NCBI RefSeq assembly: GCF_009914755.1
Contig: NC_060925.1
Strand: one strand, 5' to 3'
Source of the DNA: the human T2T-CHM13v2.0 reference genome, Homo sapiens
DNA: 64,000 bases
The notes beneath the pieces were generated by a model, which saw only the letters and a list, made by a program, of their open reading frames with translations, did not search any database and had not been told where the DNA came from. Below, piece by piece: positions 43,941 to 56,577 of the stretch (the first letter of the stretch is position 1; every line of letters starts with the position of its first letter). Position numbers and translations under genes: made by a program.

Positions 43941-46307
43941 GCTTCTCTAGTTCTTTTAATTGTGATGTTAGGGTGTCAATTTCAGATCTTTCCAGCTTCC
44001 CAATGTGGGCATTTAGTGCTGTAAATTTCCCTCTAAATTCTGCTTTAGCTGTGTCCCAGAGATTCTGGTACATTGTCTCTTTGTTCTCATTGGTCTCAAA
44101 GAACTTCTTTATTTCTTCCTTCATTTCGTTATTTACCCAGAAGCCATTCAGGAGCAGGTTGTTCAATTTCCATGTAGTTGTGAGGTTTTGAGTGAGTTTC
44201 TTAATCCTAAATTCGAATTTGATTGCACTATGGTCTGACAGACTGCTATGATTTCCATTCTTTTGCATTTGCTGAGGAGTCTTTTACTTCCAAGTATGTG
44301 GCCAGTTTAAGAATAAGTGCCATGTGGCACTGAGAAGAATGTTTATTCTGTTGATTTGGGGTGGAGAGTTCTGTAGACATCTATTAGGTCCACAGCTGAG
44401 TTCAAGTCCTGAATATCCTTGTAATTTTCTGTCTCATTGATCTGTCTAATATTGACAGCGAGGTGTTAAAATCCCCCACTATTATTGTGTGGGAGCCTAA
44501 GTCTCTTTGTAGGTCTCTAAGAACTTGTTTTACAAATCTGGGTGCTCCTGTATTGGATGCATATATATTTAGGATGGTTAGCTCTTCTTGTTGCATTGAT
44601 TCCTTTAACATTATGTGATGCCCTTCTTTGTCTTTTTTGATCTTTGTTGGTTTAACGTCTGTTTTATTAGAGACTAGGATTGCAACCTACTTGCAAGCAA
44701 AAAAAAAAAATGCTTTTTTTTGCTTTCCATTTGCTTGGTAAATATTCCTTCATCCCTTTTTTTTGAGCCTATGTGTGTCTTTGAACATAAGATGGGTCTC
44801 TTGAATATAGCACACTGGTGGGTCTTGACTTTTTATCCAATTTGCCAGTCTGTGTCTTTTAATTGGGGCATTTAGCCCATTTACATTTAAGGTCAATATT
44901 GTTATGTGTGAATTTGATGCTGTCATCATGATGCTAGCTGATTATTTTGCACATTAGTAGATGCAGTTCCTTCATAGTGTCAATAATCTTGTATTTCGGT
45001 GTGTTTTTGCAGTGGCTGTTACCAGTTTTTCCTTTCCATATTTAGTGCTTCCTTCAGGACCTCTTGTAAGGCAGGCCTGGTGGTGACAAAATCCCTCAGC
45101 ATTTGCTTGTCTGGAAAGGGTTTTATTTCTCCTTTGCTTTTGAAGCTTAGTTTGGCTGGATATGAAATTCTGGGTTGAAAAATTCTTTTCTTTAAGAATG
45201 TTGAATTTTGGCCCCTACTCTCTTCTGGCTTGTAGGGTTTCTGCAGAGAGATCCGCTGTTAGTCTGATGGGCTTCCCTTTGTAGGTGACCCGACCTTTCT
45301 CTCTGGCTGCCCTTAACACTTTTTCCTTCATTTCAACCTTGGAGAATCTGATGATTATGTGCCTTGGGGTTGATCTTCTCGAGGAGTATCTTTAGTGGTG
45401 TTCTCTGTATTTCCTGAATTTGAATGTTGGCACATCTCACTAGGTTGGGGAAGTTCTCCTGGATAATATCACAATTGATTCCATTCTCCCTGTCGCTTTC
45501 AGGTACACCAATCAATCATAGGTTTGGTCTTTTCACATAGTACCATATTTCTTGAAGGCTTTGTTCATTCCTTTTCATTCTTTTTTCTCTAATCTTGTCT
45601 TAACACTTTTTTTCAGCATGGTGATCTTCAATCTCTGATATCCTTTCTTCCGCTTGATTGATTCAGCTATTGATACTTCTGTATGCTTCCTGAAGTTATT
45701 GTGCTGTGTTTTTCTTTTTTTTCGGCTCCATCAGGTCATTTATGTTCCTGTCTAAACTGGTTATTCTAGTTAGCAGTCCCTGTAACCTTTTATTAAGGTT
45801 CTTAGCTTCCTTGCATTGGGTTAGAACATGCTCCTTTAGCTCAGAGGAGTTTGTTATCACCCACCTTCTGAAGCCTGCCTCTGTCAGTTTGTCAATCTTA
45901 TTCTCCATCCAGTTTTGTGTCCTTGCTGGAGAGGCATTCTGGTTTTTGGAATTTTCAGCATTTTTGCGCTGATTTTTCCTCATCTTCATGGATTTACCTA
46001 CCTTCGATCTTTGAGGCTGATGACCTTTGGATGGGGCTTTTGGGTGGGTGTCCTTTTTGTTGATGTTGTTGTTGCTTTCTGTGTGTTAGCTTTTCTTCTA
46101 ATAGTCAGGCCTCTCTTCTGCAGGTCTGCTGCAGTTTGCTGGAGGTCCACTCCAGACCCTGTTTGCCTGGATATCACCAGTGAAGGCTGCAGAACAGCAA
46201 AGATTGCTGCCTGCTCCTTCCTCTGGAAGCTTTGTCCCAGAGGGGCACCGGCCTGATGCCAGCCAGAGCTCTCCTGTATGAGGCGTCTGTTGACCCCTTT
46301 TGGGAGG

Positions 46308-46353
46308 TTTAATGTGTAGCTTCAGCATATCTTTAACTCTCTAGTCAGCATTG
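46308..46353. repeat. 46-bp inverted copy of 49081-49126
   Basis: 42/46 identity to the reverse complement, aligned by hand. Confidence 0.9.
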
Positions 46354-47349
46354 GGGTCAGGGGCCCACTTGAGGAGTCAGTCTGTCCCTTAGCAGAGCTG
46401 GTGTGCTATGCTGGGACAATCCCCCTTGTCAGGATCAGCTGCTGTCTTCAGAGCCAGCAGGCAGGAAAGATTAAGTCTGCTGAAGCTATGCCCACAGCAG
46501 CCCCTCCCCCCAGGTGCTCTGTCCCAGGGAGATGAGCATTTTATCTGTAAGCCCCTGACTAGGGCTGCTGCATTTCCTTCAGAGATGCCCTGCCCAGTGA
46601 GGAGAAATCTAGATAAGCACTCTGGCCACAGCCGCTTTGCCACACTGTGGTGAATTCCGCCCAGTCCATACCTCTCAGTCTCCTTAGCACTGTCAGGGGA
46701 GAACCGCCTACGAAAGCCTCAGTAATGGCAGATGCCCCTCCTCCCCCCAAGCTCAATCGTCCTAGATCGATCAGACTGCTGTGCTGGCAGCAAGAATTTC
46801 AAGCCAGTGGTTCTTAGCTTGCTGGGCTCTGTGGGAGTGGGACCTGCTGAGTGAAACCACTTGGCTCCCTGGCTTCAGCTCGCTTTCCAAGGGAATGAAC
46901 GGTTCTGTCTCGCTGGGGTTCCAGGTGCTACTAGGGTACGAAAAAACTCCTGCAGCTAGCTGGGTGTCTGCCCAAACAGCCACTTAGTTTTGTGCTTGAA
47001 ACTCAGGGCCCTGGTGGTGTAGGCTCACCAGGAAATCTCCTGATCTGCTGATTGCAAAATCCATGAGAAAAGTGTAGTACCCGGGCGGGTAGCACAGTCC
47101 CTCATGGCTTCCCCTGGCTGCGGGAGGGAGGTCCCCTGGCTTCTTGCACTTCCTGGGTAAAGCAATGCCTGCTTCTGCTTCTGCTCGTTCTCCATGGGTT
47201 GCACCCACTGCCTAACCAGTCCCAGTGAGATGAACTGGGTACCTCAGTTGGAAATGCAGAAATCACCCCCTTCTGCATTGGTCTCACTGGGAGCTGCAGA
47301 CTGGAGTTGTTTCTGTTTGGCCTTCTTGGCCCCTCCCCTTCATTTTCTT

Positions 47350-48090
47350 AAGAGTGTCATTCAAAGAGGAAACATTCTAATTTTGATGAAGTTAAATTTA
47401 TCATTTTTTTCTTTTATGTGTTGTGCTTTTTGCATCCTAAGAAATCTTGCTTAACCCAAGGTTTCATTTTCTCCCATGTTTGCTTCTAGCACTTTTATAT
47501 TACAATTTTAGGTCCATGATCCATTTTTAATTATTTTGTGTATGTCTGGTATGGTTGACTGTGTCCCCACCCAAATCTCATCTTGAATTATAGTTCCCGT
47601 AATCCCCATGTGTCATGGAAGGGACCAGGTGGGGATAACTGAATCATGGGGCAGGTTTTTCCAATGCTGTTCTCATAATAGTGAATATGTCTCACGAGAT
47701 TTGATGGTTTTATAAAGGGCAATTCCCCTGCACATGCTCTCGTGCCTGTCGCCATGACTTTGCTCCTCATTCGCCTTCAGCCATGATTGTGAGGCCTCCC
47801 CAGTCATGTGGAACTGTGAGTCAATTAAACTTCTTTCCTTTGTAAATTACCCAGTCTTGGGTACGTCTTTATTAGCAGTGTGAGAACAGACTAATACAAT
47901 GTTGTGAAGTAAGAGCCAAAGTTCTTTTTTTTTTTTCTATGTGGATATCAGTTTTCCCAGGACAATTTGTGGCATAGGCGATCCTTTCCCTGTTTAATTA
48001 TCTTGGCCCTTTTGTCAAAAACCAATCGACTATATATACGCAGGTTTGTTCCTTGGCTCTCCACCCAGTCCCACTGATTTATATGTCTCA
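47350..48090 (-). mobile_element. Continuation of the old L1M, interrupted by a THE1 LTR
   Basis: aagagtgtcattcaaagaggaaacattctaattttgatgaag resumes the L1M ORF2 sequence broken at 38720. Confidence 0.7.
47547..47898 (+). mobile_element. THE1 (MaLR) solo LTR
   Basis: TGGTATGGTTGACTGTGTCCCCACCCAAATCTCATCTTGAATT...GAGAACAGACTAATACA, with 5-bp flanks ATGTC/ATGTT. Confidence 0.9.
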
Positions 48091-48524
48091 CGATATCCAT
48101 GCCACCTTTCCCCTACAAAGCGTTCTCTCCTCTTCAGTACCCTGTCCCACAGGTTTAAACCTTATCAGCAGCCCTAATCTCTAATCTCTGCCTCCTTAGG
48201 TCAGAGGAGTCCCCTCATGCTCTTTTTTCTCTCTACCTAGTGATGTCATAGTCTAGCAATTGCTCCCAGATAGAGAGCCAGGGCAAATGGGGCTTACCCC
48301 AGGCATTTTCTTTTCCTCAAGGATCACAATCCTGGACTGTCTTGTTTCATGCCTGAAAACAGTTGCCTCATATGTTTCATCTAGTTTTATGTTTGTTTAT
48401 GGCAGGAAGCCTAGTCCAGTGCCAGTTATTGCATCTTGACCAGAATTAGAAGTTACAGCTTTGGCTCCTAACCATAAGTTGTAGTGCCTCCTAAAGCTGA
48501 ATGAAACCTTGCAGGAACTCTGAG

Positions 48525-48548
48525 CAGCAGCAGCAGCAGCAGCAGCAG
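48525..48548 (+). repeat. (CAG)8 trinucleotide repeat
   Basis: Direct reading; followed by TAA GAG CAG CAG. Confidence 0.95.
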
Positions 48549-49367
48549 TAAGAGCAGCAGCTACAGCTTGTGAGTTCCCCGGCAGAGGCTGAAGCGTGTC
48601 ACTTTTGTTAGTATGCTCAAGGCTGCAAAAATTGAAGTGGGATAGGGTATGCATTAAAAATTCTCAAGAAGGATTTAATCATCTCTTAGAATTCCATGAG
48701 GACTGGGAGAGGTTTCTTTTGGTCAGCTTATCTGCTTCTTTATATGAACACAAATGCGTAGGTGTTTACTAACTATCCGATTTCTTCCCCAAATTCAAGG
48801 CTACCAAAAGTTCTAGGTAACCATAAAAAGGGCTGTAAATCACAGCCCTTGTGATTTTGAGGTAGGGCGCAAATGCATGACACAGGTCTAAACATCCTAG
48901 CAAGGACATACATGGAACCATACATAGTATCTTCTTGGGCTTCAGGTTAACTGACAGAACTCGTTGAACCGGATAATAGGCTGGCTACTCCCAGAAGGCA
49001 AGATTGAGATGAACTGAGGCCTCATAGCTACAAATTGGTACAGTCATTTCCGGTGAGTATACATGTAGGTTTAGATAAGACAATGTTGACTATAGAGTTA
49101 AAGATGTGCTGAAGCTGCACATTAAATCAAGGGGTAAGTAAAGCCTATGAACCCAAAACTGATTGAACCTAAAAATGGTGAGCGGTTTTTGCAGATCTTG
49201 GTGGACAATGGTAAGGTAAGTGGTCCCTTTCAGATAATCCAGCAGCCTAAATCATTTTTTTTTTTAATTTAACCTTAAGAATAAGTTTCCAAAAACAAAG
49301 AAAGTACAGGGCAATAAACAAAAGGATTTTTCAACAGACTAGAATAAAACCTCTACCAAGTATGTTA

Positions 49368-49710
<343 letters not shown>

Positions 49711-50316
49711 GAGAGAGAGAGAGATATCAAAGACCTACTGGGTCTCTGTTAACAAATGTTTCTTAGACACAAGCAGGAGAAAATTAGCTCCTTTAGGGAC
49801 AACGTAAGTCCACCTCGCTGTGCCCCTGAAATAAAGCCCACTTGGTGTTCAAGAACATCAGTCCCTGAAAAGAATTAGAGTGGCTAAAATTATGGGTGCA
49901 ATGTCAAACAGAACCCTACTGGAAGCCACCTCTGCCACTTAATAGCCAGGTGGTATTGGACAATGTATTTAATCTCTGGAAGCCTCTATTTCCTCATCTG
50001 TAAAATGAGGAAAACATTTACTGTGAGAACTAAAGGAGATGGTATATGTAAAATATTTGGCCAAGACCCTGGCCCATAGTAAGCATTCCATAAGGGGTAG
50101 CTGCAACTATTTTTACACAGTATTAGAGTCAGACACCTCCCCACTCAGGACTACTTGCTGTTGGTATTGATTAGTAAAGCAAAGTCTTTGGGAAAGTCTG
50201 AATCTCTCTGTCCAGAGTCCTCGTCTCCCTTGGCTCTGAAGCCCAGGTCTCCACGGTATTCTTTAGATTCTTCATTCCCCAAGCAAAGTAGCTGTCCAGT
50301 CTTACCCCAAACAGTC

Positions 50317-51411
<1,095 letters not shown>

Positions 51412-51521
51412 TAAGTGGGGATAATAATGCCTGTTTTTCCTACTTCACAGGATTGCTATGGGGATCAGATATTATTATATAGGTGAAGTGAAACCTCACA
51501 GAGAAATGGGAGACTTAAGTC

Positions 51522-51741
51522 AAAATGATTGACTCAACTCAAGAAGCAACATCTGAAGAGATGCCGGTGCCTTGACCTTGGACTTCCCAGCCTCTAGAAC
51601 TATGAGAAATAAATTTCTCTTGTTTGTAAACTATTCAGTCTCAGTCTTGGCTATTTTGTTATAGCAGCACAAACAAACTAAGAATCTTTACCCCTTTTGA
51701 ATCTGGGGAGATGCTGGTTCTTGAGTTGAGTCAACCATTTT
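51522..51741. repeat. 33-bp inverted repeat enclosing a duplicated LTR 3' end
   Basis: 51522-51554 versus 51709-51741 are 30/33 complementary. 51562-51686 copies 50901-51027. Confidence 0.9.
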
Positions 51742-52228
51742 AGAAAATAATAAAAGCATGTCTTTCAGGAAAGAGCAAGCAAGTGAGCACAATTCAGGCC
51801 ACCCACCACAGCACTGGAAGAGGAAAAGAAAAGACAACCTAGCTACCAACTACCAAAATGGTCCAAGACCAAGATAGGGTGCATAGCATGTGGTCAACTC
51901 TGTATCTAGAACCCAAGCAGTTAACTACAAGGCTGGAAAATGAGATCATCCAGCTGTTCACTCAGTGTGCTTCAGAGGAGAGGTGCTTTCCACAACTGAA
52001 GGGCTGCAAAGAGGGCAGGTAGAATCTCTGGGTGTAGGTGTTCTAACTGCAAACAAAATGCCACCCAGATGCCTCAAGGAGCAGTAGCAGCACGATGTAC
52101 TGAAATAATCTAGGGGCAACTAGGGCACCCATGGAGTGGCTGCTAAGAAGCATGTCAGGATGTGTACAAACTGGAGGTTTGTAAGACAGCCCCAGGGAAT
52201 AGCAGGCTTATTATTTCGTCTCAGGTAT

Positions 52229-52575
52229 TACATATGTGAAATATGTATATGTTTTTGCATATGCTACATATGCAGATATGTTTTTGCATATGCAAATATG
52301 CAGATATGTTTTGCACATGCAAATATGCAGATATGTTTTGCACATGCAAATATGCAGATATGTTTTGCACATGCAAATATGCAGATGTGTTTTGCACATG
52401 CAAATATGCAGATATGTTTTGCATATGCTACATATGCAGATATGTTTTGCATATGCTACGTATGCAGACGTTTTGCATATGCTACTTATGCAGATATGTT
52501 TTGCATGTGCTACGTATGCAGATATGTTTTGCATGTGCTACGTATGCAGATATGTTTTGCACATGCAAATATGCC
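52229..52575. repeat. 27/28-bp quasi-palindromic minisatellite (about 12 units)
   Basis: Units TATGCAGATATGTTTTGCACATGCAAA and TATGCAGATATGTTTTGCATRTGCTACN. Confidence 0.95.
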
Positions 52576-52965
52576 AACGTGGCAAAATGTATACATTTAT
52601 ACATATAGTTGCAATAAGGTTATGAAAAATTGAATTAACAAGTTAAAACATTTGCAAAAATAAACTTCCAGTGGATTAAAAAATGACGTTTTTATATAAT
52701 TATGAATTCTATAAAGGCATTACTTTTTACATTTTAACATCATTGTTTTGTAAATCTGAATAACGTTTTTGCCAATGACAAAGTATACATGGTTACTCAA
52801 CTTTCCCAGTGAGCCTGTTTCTATCATTATCATGTGCACAAAAATTGTCACCATGTGTAACTTGGAGGTGAAATTATGTACCCCTCTTCTGAGTGTTTGA
52901 ATTTTTTTTTTTAAGTCAGAAAGATCTCTTCATGAGAATTGTTTCAAAAAAAAAAGATCATATGA

Positions 52966-53256
52966 AGCTGGGTGTAGTAGCTCAAGCCTGTAATCCCAGC
53001 ACTTTGGGAGGCCACGGTGTGTGTATCGCTTGAGCCCACGAGTTTGAGACCAGCCTGGGTAACATGGTAAAACCTCGTCTCTACAAAAAATACAAAAATT
53101 AGCCAGGCATGGTGGTGGGTGCCTATAGTCCCAGGTACTCAGGAGGCTGAATTGGGAGGATCACTTGAGCCTGGGAGGTCAAGGCTGCAGTGGGCTAAGA
53201 TGGCACCACTAAACTCCCACTTGAGACTCTGTCTTAAAAATAAATAAATAAATAAA
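52966..53256 (+). mobile_element. AluJ
   Basis: Alu dimer. Confidence 0.85.
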
Positions 53257-53891
53257 GACGATATGCTTAACCAATAGGAGTAAGTCATTGAATAGTTAAT
53301 GATATTATGAGATTACTGTAAATGTAAGAGTAATAATAATATTGTGGTTATTCTTTAAGTTCTCTTCTAGTTATACATACAGAACTATATATGGGTAAAA
53401 TTATATGAGATCTGGGATTTGCTTCAAAATAAAAAAGGATGGAAGAAGTAGATGAGGGTGTAAATGAAATAAGATTGGTCTGGAGTTGATAATTGTCGAA
53501 GATGAGAAATGGCATAAAGGGGTTCATTATATTATTCTGTTTTTGTATAGAGTTTCCATTTTTTCAAAATAAAATGATTTTTAAAAGTAAGGACATGTCT
53601 TCAAATATTTAAGGAGCCACAGCATAGAAAAGGGCTTAGATTCAATGAGTAGAAATCGCAGGAGGAAGTTTGGTTGAGTTAACCAAGAAGGAAATGTCAT
53701 GCCTTGAGAGGTCGTCACTAGGAAGTGATGACGACTTAATGGTTCTAGGCAATAATCTAGGCAATTGATGGCAGCTAACATCACAGACAGGTAACCAGAC
53801 TTTATATGCCTCCTGACAGAAGTATGCAACATGGTCTATGAAGTGCTATTTTAAAAATAGATTCATTGTAAAAAAAAAATGACTTTATTGA

Positions 53892-54458
53892 GTATATTAG
53901 TTTGCTGCTGTAGCAAATGTCCATAAACTTAATGGCTTCAGACAACACAAATCTATTATTTTGCAGTTTTGTGGATCAGAAGCCCAGTATGGGTTTCACT
54001 GGACTAAAATTAAGGTGTCAGCACGCTATACCCTTTTCTGGAAGTTCTAAGGGAGAATCCATTTCTTTGCTGCTGGCAGAATTCAATTCCTTGTAGATGC
54101 AGAGCCAACATCCCCATTTTCTTGCTGATTGTAACATGAGGGCTGTTCCCACCTTCTAGAAGCTGTTTTTTTCCTTCACTCACAGCCTCTACCTTCAAAG
54201 TCAACTCAAATCCCTCTCCAGTGGCATCCTTACTGTCAACTTTTCTGCCTCCTCTTCCACTTTTAAGGGCACTTGTGATTACACTGGGCCCACCCAGATA
54301 ATCCAGGATAATCTCTCTATTTTAAGGTTAGCTGATTAACAAACTTAATTCTATCTGTAACCTTAATTCCTTTTTTGCCATAGAGGGAACATATTCATTC
54401 ACAGGTTCTGGGGATTAAGACTTGAACATCTTTTAGGGCCATTATTCTGCCAACCACA
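53892..54458 (-). mobile_element. MLT1-type LTR
   Basis: gtatattagtttgctgctgtagcaaat...gggccattattctgccaaccaca. Confidence 0.75.
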
Positions 54459-54596
54459 TTGAGGTATGATTGACATATAAAAAATTGCAATATTTAAAGT
54501 GACAACTTTGACACATGTACAAGCCTGTGAAAAGATGTCACAACAATCAAGATAATGAACATGTCCATCACACCCCAAAGTTTCCTGGTGTCCATT

Positions 54597-54930
54597 TGTC
54601 TTAATTTATTCAGGCTGCTATAATAAAATACCTTAGATGGGATGATTTATAAACAATAGAAATTTATTACTTACAGTTCCGGAGGCTGGGAAGTCCAAAA
54701 TCAAGACACCAGCAGATTTGGTGTCTGGTGGGGACTCTCTGCTTCATAGATGGCACCTTTTTGCTGTGTCCTTACATGGCAGAAGGAGTGAACAAGCTCC
54801 CTTGGGCCTCTTTTATAAGGGCATTAATCCCTTCATGAGGACAGAGCCTTCATTACCTAATCCCCTCCCAAAGACCACACCTCTTCACATTATTGCTTTG
54901 GGGATTAGGTTTCAACCTAACATTCAGCAC
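54597..54930 (-). mobile_element. MLT1A/MST-type LTR
   Basis: tgtcttaatttattcaggctgctata...ggattaggtttcaac. Confidence 0.75.
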
Positions 54931-55261
54931 CCTTTGAAATCTCTACCTCTTTTTCCTTCCTCCCCAACTCCATCCCCCAGGTAGCCAGCCACCATCTGAT
55001 TTCTCTCATTACAGATTACCTTGCATATTCTAGAATTTTATGTAAGTGGAATCATACAGTATATACTTAGGGGAGATGACTTTTTTCACTTAACAATTAT
55101 TTTGAGATTTATCTATATTTTTATGTATCTCAATATTTCATTTCTTCTTTGTTGTTATCATGATTGTTAAGTAGTATTTCATTGTCTGGATGTACCACAA
55201 TTTGTTTGTCCATTAATCTCTTGATGAACCTTTGAGTTGTTCTCAGGTTTGAGCTATTTCA

Positions 55262-55597
<336 letters not shown>

Positions 55598-56266
55598 TTA
55601 TGAACACATTCGTGTATAGGTCTGCCTAGACACATCATGTTCTCATTTCTTTTGGGTAGATAACTAGGAGTGGTCATATAGTAGCTATACATTTAACTTT
55701 TTTAAAAGCTTTCAAACTATTTTCCAAAGTATTTGCACCATCTTATGTTCCACCAGCAGTGTATGAGAATTCCAGTTACTCCAAATTCTTGCCAACACTT
55801 GGTATGGTCAATCTTTTTTCATTACAGCCATTCTAATTAGATTACTAATTAGACAGTGATGTTTCATTGTGCTGTTAATTTGTTTTTAACATAAAAATTT
55901 AAATACATTAATGCAAGTAATTTTCATGATTAATTTCATAATTTTTTACTACTGTAATAATCATATTAGTTGATTTTATTAATTAGTTTAAATAATTAAA
56001 ATCAGATCATTTACTAATGACTAATGATGAGGATCTTTTCAGGTATTTACTCGCCACCTATATATCTCCTTTGGTGAAATATATCTGTTCATATCTTTTA
56101 TGCATTTTTAAAGTTGGGTTGTTTGTTTCTGTATTATTGACTTTTGAGAGTTATTTATACATTCTGGATATAAACCCTTGCCAAAAGCAATCAAACCTGA
56201 AGGATTAAGCTTCTGATCTAACTACTGGCTTATAGGAAATATAGGGGACCAAACAACAGGTTAGAT

Positions 56267-56577
56267 CAGTGGTCCCCAAACTTTGCAGCATGAGGGACCA
56301 GTTTTATGGAAGACAATTTTTCCACAGATGCAGGCGGGGAGGAGGGATGGTTTCAGGATGAAACTATTCCACCTCAGATCATCAAGCATTAGATTCTCAT
56401 ACAGAGCATGCAATCTGATCCCTCACATGTGCAGTTCACAATAGGGTTCATGCTCCTATAAGAATCTAATGCTGCCACTGATCTGACAGGAGGCAGAGCT
56501 CAGGCGGTCATGCTCACTTGCCCGCCATTCACCTCTTGCTGTGCGGTCACATTCCTAATGGGCCACGGACCCGTGGG
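56267..56577. mobile_element. MER1-like hAT element
   Basis: cagtggtccccaaactt...gggaccagttttatggaagacaatttttccac. Confidence 0.8.

Noticed and set aside
46308-49126. Inverted 46-mers as breakpoints of a 2.8-kb inversion
   Set aside because: The L1 5' UTR continues collinearly from 46354 to its start and TSD at 47338-47349, so the interval is not inverted.
52136-52633. Six overlapping repetitive ORFs (e.g. ICFAHANMQ repeats); CRISPR-like appearance
   Set aside because: Artefact of a stop-free 27-bp tandem repeat. There are no unique spacers and no cas genes, and the DNA is human.
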